From the NCBI GenBank assembly GCA_046757665.1, contig JBHHYO010000058.1, positions 1-17,254 of the forward strand: 17,254 nucleotides of DNA, written 5' to 3'. The position numbers and the translations under genes were made by a program. How positions within the stretch are numbered: the stretch's first letter is position 1; each line of letters starts with the position of its first letter. The notes under the pieces were generated by a model that searched no databases, was not told where the DNA came from, and saw only the letters and a program-made list of their open reading frames with translations. The stretch comes from Nitrospinales bacterium. Its GTDB lineage: Bacteria; Nitrospinota; Nitrospinia; Nitrospinales; JAJDAT01. Shown here piece after piece: positions 8,883 to 15,828 of this stretch.

Positions 8883-9662
8883 TCAAAAATCCTTTATCCG
8901 CTCCACCCGTTCGGGATGGTCAATAAACGGATTGCGGTTGCCCTGTATTTCCTCGATCGAGGAATTTCTATCCATTTCCCATTGATCCGGCGGATCGCTC
9001 AAATGCCAGCGGCGCAACCTGTCCTCGAATCGTTTTCGCAAGGGAACGCCGTACAGGCGGGACATGTAAAAATAGGCGCGGGCGATGTCGCCCCGGATGG
9101 ATTCGGCCGGCTCCAGGGATTTTCTGTTGATCTCCACGTCGCATTCGCCGTACTTTCTCCGTTCCTTCGGGATCTCTCCGACGGGATAACCGGCGCGGTC
9201 GCCGGTGATTTCGCCGATCGCCGGGAACAGGTTGTGCATGTCCGCTTCCATGGTCTTGAACGCCGGCGATATTTTTCGACAACATTTGCGCCCGCCGAAG
9301 GGCCTGCCGTTCGGTCTCCTGCAAACCGCGTTTTGCCAGCATTGCAGGATAATGCCGAATTTCGACGGCGGCATCGCGTGTTGCCATTCGAGTTTGCGGC
9401 TTCGCGGATTCGACGTCTTTCTCGGCGAGTAACCGCAGGCGGACGCATTGATCTTCTTGTTGTCGTCGAACGCGCAACCGCAGTAAAACGTCTTGTTCAT
9501 CCCGGCATTCAAATAAATCCGCAGGAATTGTTTTTTCGCTTGCCGGGCATTGGTTGCGGTTGAAGGTTTAAACAGCCGGGTATCCGTCGGTGGCGGGGAC
9601 GGAGCTGTCGATGCAAAAGCCGACACGGCAAGCAGTATGACGATCAGAACGCATTGTCTCAT
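8883..9662 (-). CDS. Secreted endonuclease I (EndA/Dns/Vvn) family protein with an atypical active site
   Basis: Signal-peptide-like N-terminus, TFYCGC, LEWQHAMP (canonical EWEH), CWQ...GGRKCC, MEADMHNLFPAIGE, RGDIARAYFYM, DPPDQWE, QGNRNPF. Confidence 0.9.
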   Translation of the reverse strand: MRQCVLIVILLAVSAFASTAPSPPPTDTRLFKPSTATNARQAKKQFLRIYLNAGMNKTFYCGCAFDDNKKINASACGYSPRKTSNPRSRKLEWQHAMPPSKFGIILQCWQNAVCRRPNGRPFGGRKCCRKISPAFKTMEADMHNLFPAIGEITGDRAGYPVGEIPKERRKYGECDVEINRKSLEPAESIRGDIARAYFYMSRLYGVPLRKRFEDRLRRWHLSDPPDQWEMDRNSSIEEIQGNRNPFIDHPERVERIKDF

Positions 9663-9668
9663 ACGGGG

Positions 9669-9674
9669 ATTATA
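9669..9674 (-). promoter_or_regulatory. -10 element for the endonuclease I gene (probably leaderless)
   Basis: The minus strand reads TATAAT-ccccgt-ATG (6-nt gap to ATG9662). No SD and no convincing -35. Confidence 0.55.
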
Positions 9675-9723
9675 CCCGATGAAAATCGGAGTATTTTTAG
9701 AAATTCCAACTCCCGTGTTTATC

Positions 9724-9732
9724 TGATATGAT
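9724..9732 (+). promoter_or_regulatory. Extended -10 element for the acyltransferase gene
   Basis: TG-a-TATGAT at 9724-9732, 10 nt before ATG9743. No SD. Confidence 0.45.
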
Positions 9733-9742
9733 CCAAAACAAA

Positions 9743-10519
9743 ATGTATCCTTTGAGCTTGTTGCGAGCCAGTTACAGAGTACTTTGCCTTCTTCTGGTGT
9801 GCGTGGCGTTTACGTTCATCGGCATTGGTTTGCGGCTGGTTTTTCTCCGCGATGAGCCAACGCGCCGCCGTTATATCGTTCGTTTCACCCGCCTGTGGGC
9901 GCGCTGTTTTTGCTTCTTTCTGAATATCCGCGTCCGCGTGACCGGCGACCGCGAACTGCCGTCCAACGCCCTGATCGTCTCCAACCACGTGGGCAGTCCG
10001 GACATCTTTGTTCTGGGTTCCCGGTTCGAGACGTTTTTCGTTTCCAAGGATGAGGTTCGCGGCTGGCCGCTGGTGGGTTTTCTGACGGGGCTGGGAGACA
10101 CGATTTTCGTGGACCGGAGCCGGCGGCGGCAGGTGCCGGCCACCATCGCGGAAATTCAAAACCGCCTGGCGGACGGGTTCTCGGTGACGCTGTTTCCCGA
10201 GGGCGGGGCCACCGACGGCGCGGATGTCATCCCCTTCAAATCGTCCCACTTCCAGGCCGCCGTCCTCGCCCAACGCCCCGTGTTGCCCGTCATGATTCAT
10301 TACCTGGACGGCGGCACGCCGTCGGTCGCCTGCTGGTATAACAAGAATTTTTTTTCGCACATGCTGGCGCTGTTGCAAAACGCGAGATTGGAAGTCCAGG
10401 TGCGCGTTCTTCAGCCGGTGACGGGTAAGGGGGATCGGCGGTTCCTGGCCGAGGAAAGCCGGCGGCGCATCCGCGAGGCTAAAACAGGGATTCCTGGCCG
10501 TCCGGACGGGTGGGCATGA
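9743..10519 (+). CDS. Lysophospholipid acyltransferase (PlsC/OlsA-like)
   Basis: N-terminal hydrophobic helix, NHVGSPD (HX4D), [28 protein letters not shown]9743 is preferred because the alternative ATG9728 lies inside the putative -10 box. The 3' end overlaps ruvB by 41 nt. Confidence 0.88.
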   Translation: MYPLSLLRASYRVLCLLLVCVAFTFIGIGLRLVFLRDEPTRRRYIVRFTRLWARCFCFFLNIRVRVTGDRELPSNALIVSNHVGSPDIFVLGSRFETFFVSKDEVRGWPLVGFLTGLGDTIFVDRSRRRQVPATIAEIQNRLADGFSVTLFPEGGATDGADVIPFKSSHFQAAVLAQRPVLPVMIHYLDGGTPSVACWYNKNFFSHMLALLQNARLEVQVRVLQPVTGKGDRRFLAEESRRRIREAKTGIPGRPDGWA

Positions 10520-11510
10520 TGCCGAAATGCTCGAAGGCGGCGGCGGTGGCGGTGCGTCCGCGCGGCGTGCGGTTGATGAGGCCCGACTGGATCAGGAACG
10601 GTTCGTACACGTCCTCGATGGTGTCTTTCTCCTCGCTGATGGAGGCGGCCAGAGTTTCCAGGCCCACCGGCCCGCCCTTGAATTTTTCGATCAGGGTGAG
10701 CAGGAGTTTGTGGTCCATTTTGTCCAGGCCCTTGCGGTCCACTTCCAGCATGTGCAGGGCTTTGTCCGCCACCTCGCGGTCGATCACCCCGCCGGCCTTC
10801 ACCTGGGCGTAGTCGCGCACGCGGCGCAGAAGGCGGTTGGAAATGCGCGGCGTCCCCCGGGAGCGGGAAGCGATTTCGCGGGCGCCCTCCGGCGTGATGT
10901 GGATTTCCAATATGGCCGCGGAACGTTGCACGATGACCTCCAGCTCCGCGGCGCTGTAATAGTCGAGCCGATGCACGATGCCGAACCGGTTGCGCAGGGG
11001 CGAGGTCAGCAAACCGGCGCGGGTCGTCGCGCCGATCAGGGTGAACGGCGGCAGGTCGATCTTGATCGACCGGGCGCTCGGCCCCTGGCCGATGATCAGG
11101 TCCAGCTTGAAGTCCTCCATCGCCGGGTAAAGAATTTCCTCGATGATCCTTGGCAGGCGGTGGATTTCGTCGATGAATAAAACCTCGCCCCGCGCCAGGT
11201 TGGTGAGCAGGGCCGCCAGGTCGCCTTGCTTTTCCAAAACCGGGCCGGAAGTGCTCCTCAGGCTACTGCCCATTTCCGCGGCGATGATGTTGGCCAGCGT
11301 CGTTTTACCCAACCCCGGCGGCCCGTAAAACAAGGCGTGATCCAGCGATTCCTTGCGCTGTTTCGCGGCGGAAATAAAAACCGCCAGGTTCTCCTTGATT
11401 TTCTCCTGCCCGACATACTCGGTGAAGGCCGTCGGACGCAGGTTCGCCTCGAATTGAAACTCCTCTTCGTCGTCGTTTGCTTCCGGGCCTATTTCTCTCG
11501 TGTCTTCCAT
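10479..11510 (-). CDS. ruvB: Holliday junction branch-migration ATPase RuvB
   Basis: LRP..F.EYVGQ, Walker [10 protein letters not shown], Walker [41 protein letters not shown]...RTPRGR. Confidence 0.98.
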   Translation of the reverse strand: MEDTREIGPEANDDEEEFQFEANLRPTAFTEYVGQEKIKENLAVFISAAKQRKESLDHALFYGPPGLGKTTLANIIAAEMGSSLRSTSGPVLEKQGDLAALLTNLARGEVLFIDEIHRLPRIIEEILYPAMEDFKLDLIIGQGPSARSIKIDLPPFTLIGATTRAGLLTSPLRNRFGIVHRLDYYSAAELEVIVQRSAAILEIHITPEGAREIASRSRGTPRISNRLLRRVRDYAQVKAGGVIDREVADKALHMLEVDRKGLDKMDHKLLLTLIEKFKGGPVGLETLAASISEEKDTIEDVYEPFLIQSGLINRTPRGRTATAAAFEHFGIMPTRPDGQESLF

Positions 11511-11524
11511 GGATTAAAAGCTCG

Positions 11525-12121
11525 TCACAACCGTTTCAGGCATTCCTTGAGCAAACGCTCCAGGTTCATCCCCTCGCGGTTGACCACGGCGTTGAGGGCT
11601 TTTTCCGCCTGATGTTTTTTGTACCCCAGGTTAACCAGCGCGGACAGGGCGTCGGACTTGATCCCGTCCTCTTGCGTGCCCGCCGGCGCGGGGAAATCCG
11701 CCGGCGCCAGGTCCGTCAGGTCCTTTAATTTGTCCTTCATCTCCAGGGCCAGCCGTTCGGCGGTTTTCCCGCCGACGCCGGGAATGGCGTTCAGCCGGAC
11801 GATGTCCTTGTTCATGATGGCGGCGGCGAAATCCTCCACCGGCATACTGGACAGGATGGAAACCGCCAGTTTCGGCCCCACCTTGGAAATGCCGATCAGT
11901 TTCTCGAACACCTTTTGCTCCACCTCCGTGGCGAAGCCGAACAGCTTCATTTCCTCCTCGCGGACGTGGGTGTAGATATTCAGCGCAACGCGCGCGCCCG
12001 GTTCGGGGAGCTTGTAATAAGTCGGCAGGGTGATGAAGACCCGGTAGCCGACGCCGTTGACATCGACGACCACCGCGGTCGGCGATTTTTTTATCAGGTT
12101 GCCTTGCAGGTGTGCGATCAT
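11525..12121 (-). CDS. ruvA: Holliday junction DNA-binding protein RuvA
   Basis: The true start is MIAHLQG at 12121 (the ORF track over-extends to 12211). Motifs: VDVNGVGY, THVREE..LFGF, HhH motifs ISKVGPKLA and IPGVGGKTAERL, ALVNLGY. Confidence 0.96.
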   Translation of the reverse strand: MIAHLQGNLIKKSPTAVVVDVNGVGYRVFITLPTYYKLPEPGARVALNIYTHVREEEMKLFGFATEVEQKVFEKLIGISKVGPKLAVSILSSMPVEDFAAAIMNKDIVRLNAIPGVGGKTAERLALEMKDKLKDLTDLAPADFPAPAGTQEDGIKSDALSALVNLGYKKHQAEKALNAVVNREGMNLERLLKECLKRL

Positions 12122-12137
12122 AACCGGTTTCGGTCGC

Positions 12138-12629
12138 TCAAGCCCGCCGCCGGCTTTGCGTGTTGGCCGTATGGATATGGCAAATGGCGATGGCGAGCGC
12201 GTCGGAGGCATCCAGAGGCTGGGGCGGTTCCTTGAGGTTCAGCAAGCGGACGACCATGCTCTGCACCTGTTCCTTGGCGGCGCGGCCGTATCCCGCCACC
12301 GATTGCTTGACCGCCAGCGGACTGTATTCGCCGATGGGTTTGTTCTCGTTGGCGGCCGCCAGGAGCGCGACCCCGCGGGTCTGGCCCAGCTTCAACGCCG
12401 ATTGCGCGTTGACGGCGAAAAACAAATCCTCCACCGCCACCGTATCCGGCTGGTACTCCCGTAGCAGGCCGGTCAACTCGTCGTAAATGGTTTTCAAGCG
12501 CCGCGCGAACGGTTCGCTCGCCCGACAACGGATGCCGCCCCATTGCACGGCGCTCAGCTTGCCGCCGGTTTCATCGACGATGCCGTAGCCGGTGCACAGG
12601 CTCCCTGGGTCGATTCCCATTACGCGCAT
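12138..12629 (-). CDS. ruvC: Crossover junction endodeoxyribonuclease RuvC
   Basis: MGIDPG, VAVEDLFF, SALKLGQTRG, EYSPLAVKQSVAGYGRAAKEQV, DASDALAIAICH. Confidence 0.97.
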   Translation of the reverse strand: MRVMGIDPGSLCTGYGIVDETGGKLSAVQWGGIRCRASEPFARRLKTIYDELTGLLREYQPDTVAVEDLFFAVNAQSALKLGQTRGVALLAAANENKPIGEYSPLAVKQSVAGYGRAAKEQVQSMVVRLLNLKEPPQPLDASDALAIAICHIHTANTQSRRRA

Positions 12630-12678
12630 GGTTTCGGTTGCCGGTAGAGGGGGTTGGTAAATGAAATGGCGGGGACCG

Positions 12679-13434
12679 TTACAAATCCTTTTCGAGCGCG
12701 GCCATCACCTCGTCGGGGATGTCGAAGTTGGAATAAGCTTTCTGCACGTCGTCGTGGTCTTCCAGGGCGTCCATCAGGCGCAACAAAGCCTTGCCGTCCT
12801 TTTCATCCATGGTGACCGTGTTTTGCGGAATCCGCGTCAGTTCGGCGAGCGCCATTTTAATGCCCTTGTCTTCCAGCGCCTTGCGGACCGGCTCGAAATT
12901 TTCCAGTGAGGTGACGATTTCAAAATGGTCGTCCTCGCGTTTCATATCGTCGGCGCCCGCTTCCAGGGCCAGCTCCAGCAATTCGTCCTCGCCGATCTCG
13001 CTGGTGTTGACCAGGATGAGGCCCTTTTGCTGGAAAATCCAGGCGACACAGCCGTTGGCGCCCAGGTTGCCGCCGCGCTTGTTGAAGATGGCGCGGATTT
13101 CCCCGACCGACCGGTTTTTGTTGTCGGTCATGACTTCGACGAGAACCGCGGCGCCGCCGGGGCCGTAGCCTTCGTAAGTGATCTCTTCGTACTGGACGCC
13201 TTCCAGTTCGCCGGTGCCTTTTTTAATGGCGCGGGTGATGTTGTCCGCCGGCATGTTCGCCTGTTTGGCGGCGGTTACCGAATGGCGCAGGCGCGGGTTG
13301 CCGTCGATGTCGCCGCCGCCCATGCGCGCCGCCACGGTGATTTCCTTGATCAGTTTCGTGAACAGCTTGCCGCGCTTGGCGTCCGTCGCGCCCTTTTTGT
13401 GCTTGATACTGGCCCACTTGGAATGTCCGGACAT
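12679..13434 (-). CDS. yebC: YebC/PmpR family protein
   Basis: [45 protein letters not shown]. It has an AAGGAG SD and sits in its conserved position upstream of ruvCAB. Confidence 0.97.
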   Translation of the reverse strand: MSGHSKWASIKHKKGATDAKRGKLFTKLIKEITVAARMGGGDIDGNPRLRHSVTAAKQANMPADNITRAIKKGTGELEGVQYEEITYEGYGPGGAAVLVEVMTDNKNRSVGEIRAIFNKRGGNLGANGCVAWIFQQKGLILVNTSEIGEDELLELALEAGADDMKREDDHFEIVTSLENFEPVRKALEDKGIKMALAELTRIPQNTVTMDEKDGKALLRLMDALEDHDDVQKAYSNFDIPDEVMAALEKDL

Positions 13435-13468
13435 GGCTCTCCTTTAAACGGCGTTGCACCTTCGAGCC

Positions 13469-13477
13469 AATTTACCA
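13469..13477 (-). promoter_or_regulatory. Putative extended -10 promoter for yebC-ruvCAB
   Basis: The minus strand reads TG-g-TAAATT about 35 nt upstream of the yebC ATG, followed by an AAGGAG SD. Confidence 0.4.
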
Positions 13478-13507
13478 TAGATGGTTTCGGCAAGTAAACT
13501 CAAATGT

Positions 13508-13537
13508 TTGGGATGCCCCGTCCGGTCGTGATACCAT
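13508..13537 (+). promoter_or_regulatory. Putative promoter for the Fe-S/flavoprotein unit (probably leaderless)
   Basis: TTGGGA (13508-13513), 18-nt spacer, TACCAT (13532-13537) with an extended TG at 13529-13530. ATG13544 follows 6 nt later and there is no SD. Confidence 0.5.
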
Positions 13538-13543
13538 TTAGAA

Positions 13544-14224
13544 ATGGCGGCGAAATCGAAATCCATTGAGATCACAGTGTCCGGCAAGCCCGTCCGCGCC
13601 GTGCCGGGAGAGACCGTCATGCACGCCATGTGGTCTGCCGGAATGGCGGAGGAAATTCAAACCGGGTGCATCGGCGGCGTGTGCGGAGCCTGCACCGTCA
13701 CCCTGCGGTTTGCCGACGGCAGGCAGGGCGGCACCGACCTCGCCTGTATGCGTCCGGTGGAAGCCGGGATGCAGGTTTTCCCCTGTCCCGTGGAGCCGGT
13801 GAACACCCCGCCGCCACAGACGGAGCCTACGGCCGACAAACTGCGCGCCGTTTTTCCGACTCTCGACCGTTGCACGAAATGCGAATGTTGCACCATCGCC
13901 TGCCCCATGTCCATCCCCGTGATGGACGCCGTACTGCGTATGCAAAAGGGTGAACTGGAATCGGCGGCAGAGGATTTTACGACCTGCATTCATTGCGGCC
14001 TGTGCCGGTTCGTTTGCGAGGACCGCGTCAAGCCCAACGACATGGGAATGTGGTTGCGGCGGTCGCTGGGAATGAGCCGGGTTTATCCGTTGCTCGAGCG
14101 GCCGGCGGTTTCCGGCGACGCCACCAACCTCGACCCGGAATGGGATTACCTGTTGCCGGGCGACGCGGAGGAAACCCTGCGCCGCGCCAGGGCCTTTCGC
14201 GACACCGGGAAGATAGTCGAATGA
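13544..14224 (+). CDS. Iron-sulfur subunit, FrdB/SdhB-like (one 2Fe-2S and two 4Fe-4S motifs)
   Basis: GCIGGVCGAC...LAC (CX4CX2C...C), CTKCECCTIACP and CIHCGLCRFVC (two CX2CX2CX3C motifs). Its stop overlaps the next start (ATGA at 14221-14224). Confidence 0.88.
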   Translation: MAAKSKSIEITVSGKPVRAVPGETVMHAMWSAGMAEEIQTGCIGGVCGACTVTLRFADGRQGGTDLACMRPVEAGMQVFPCPVEPVNTPPPQTEPTADKLRAVFPTLDRCTKCECCTIACPMSIPVMDAVLRMQKGELESAAEDFTTCIHCGLCRFVCEDRVKPNDMGMWLRRSLGMSRVYPLLERPAVSGDATNLDPEWDYLLPGDAEETLRRARAFRDTGKIVE

Positions 14225-15828
14225 AGGATTGGGCGGAGCATTCTTTGCGCGAGGTTTCCCGGACCCGGCAGTCACGCGCCACCCAGCCGCCTCTGGTTTT
14301 CGCGGACGCGGAAACGCAGGCTCTGCTTCGGGAGTTTCATCCGGACCATGCGGACCACGGGCGGCGCGTGAGCCTGGGCGCGAATGCCGGCGACCGGCCG
14401 TTTCCTCCGGAGTTGGCGGACCTTCTGGAAGCCGACAGCCCCCTGGCCGAAAATTTTGCGTCGGCAACCGACCTGGAAACCGACGTTCTGATTATCGGCG
14501 GTGGCGGCGCGGGTGTGTCCGCCGCGCTGGAGCTGGAAGGGGCCGGCCTGAGCGTGCATCTCGCTACCAAACTGCGCCTGGGCGATTCCAATACCGTCAT
14601 GGCCGAGGGGGGGATTCAGTCATCTCTGGGGGACGGCGATTCGGCGGCGCGGCACTTCGCCGACTCCTATGTCGGCGGGCACGGCAACAACGACACCGGC
14701 TTGTTGCGCATCCTGTGCGAAGCCGCGCCCGACGCCATCCGCCGGCTGGCCCGGCTGGGTTGCCTGTTCGATCAGAATGCCGACGGAACTTTCCGCTTGC
14801 GAAGGGGCGGCGGGACTTCCATCCCGCGAATCCTGACGTGCCGCGATTATACCGGATTGGAAATCATGCGCGTCTTGCGCGACGCCATGCGCCAGGGAAC
14901 CACTCATTTGCTGGAACGCCACGCCGCGGTGGAATTGACGGACGACGGCCAGGGGCAAGTCACCGGAGCCGTCCTGTGGAACAGCGCAACGGATAAATTG
15001 CTGGCGGTATCGGCGCGCGCCGTTTTGCTGGCCACCGGCGGCAGTGGGCAACTCCGCTTGCAGGGATTTCCCACCAGCAATCATCTGGGCGCCACCGGCG
15101 ACGGTTTGGTCCTCGCCTACCGGCAGGGTTGCCGGCTCGTCCACATGGACAGCTTTCAATATCATCCGTCCGGGGCCTGTTATCCCGAGGCCCTGGCAGG
15201 CCAGTTGCTCACCGAGTCGATACGCGCCATCGGTGCGCAGTTGTTGAACGCCGACGGCGCCCGGTTTGTTGACGAAATGACTTACCGCGACGTGGTGGCG
15301 GCGGCGATTCTGCGGGAATGCCGCGCCGGAAGGGGAGTCAATGCTCCGTCCGGACGGGTCGGCGTCTGGTTGGACACGCCGCTGATCGATCTCAAACAGG
15401 GGGCCGGAACTCTGCACCGCCGGCTTCCCGGCCTGATGCACCGTTTTGCGCGCTACGGCATCGACCCCGCGGAACAGCCGCTCCTGGTTTACCCTACGTT
15501 GCATTACCAAAACGGCGGCATTTGCATCGACGACCAATGCCGCACCGAGGCTGTCGGATTGTGGGCCGCGGGCGAGGTCACCGGCGGACTGCACGGCACC
15601 AACCGGCTGATGGGCAACTCCCTGCTGGATATTCTTGTGTTCGGACGGCGGGCGGCCTGCTCCATCCGCGACAACCTGCCGCGGCGCGGCGCCGTAACCC
15701 TGGCCGCTCTGGCGCAACACCGGAAAAACTTGCAACAACTCCAGCGGCCGCCCGGCGCAACCGCACCGAAACTCTATCCCGATGCCTGCGGATTAAAAAT
15801 CACTCCTGCTTCAGGGGCAGGTCGATAA
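14221..15828 (+). CDS. Fumarate reductase/succinate dehydrogenase-family flavoprotein, soluble type (535 aa)
   Basis: Start ATG14221 is translationally coupled to the Fe-S gene (the ORF track over-extends to 13993). Motifs: IIGGGGAG, SNTVMAEGGI, LATGG, FQYHP, TESIR, RDVV, TLHYQNGG, AAGE, HGTNRLMGNSLL. It has an N-terminal extension of about 85 aa and no long C-terminal helical domain. Confidence 0.88.
   Translation: MKDWAEHSLREVSRTRQSRATQPPLVFADAETQALLREFHPDHADHGRRVSLGANAGDRPFPPELADLLEADSPLAENFASATDLETDVLIIGGGGAGVSAALELEGAGLSVHLATKLRLGDSNTVMAEGGIQSSLGDGDSAARHFADSYVGGHGNNDTGLLRILCEAAPDAIRRLARLGCLFDQNADGTFRLRRGGGTSIPRILTCRDYTGLEIMRVLRDAMRQGTTHLLERHAAVELTDDGQGQVTGAVLWNSATDKLLAVSARAVLLATGGSGQLRLQGFPTSNHLGATGDGLVLAYRQGCRLVHMDSFQYHPSGACYPEALAGQLLTESIRAIGAQLLNADGARFVDEMTYRDVVAAAILRECRAGRGVNAPSGRVGVWLDTPLIDLKQGAGTLHRRLPGLMHRFARYGIDPAEQPLLVYPTLHYQNGGICIDDQCRTEAVGLWAAGEVTGGLHGTNRLMGNSLLDILVFGRRAACSIRDNLPRRGAVTLAALAQHRKNLQQLQRPPGATAPKLYPDACGLKITPASGAGR

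Noticed and set aside
8883..13434. Nuclease, ftsK and ruv genes as a defence or mobile-element module
   Set aside because: ftsK has the chromosomal membrane-motor-gamma layout, yebC-ruvCAB is a standard core operon, the nuclease is secreted, and no integrase, transposase or repeat array is present.
13993..14220. ORF-track N-terminal extension of the flavoprotein (likewise ruvA 12122-12211, 278-331 and 1414-1515)
   Set aside because: These extensions overlap neighbouring genes or precede the SD-supported, homology-consistent starts.
14620..15738. Antisense 372-aa ORF, and the overlapping 13538-14467 ORF
   Set aside because: They lie opposite well-supported Fe-S and flavoprotein genes and show no family motifs.
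14221..15828. Flavoprotein as a second nadB copy
   Set aside because: It lacks the NadB REGGHS glutamate and the C-terminal domain, and it is coupled to an Fe-S subunit. A canonical nadB is already present at 4085.
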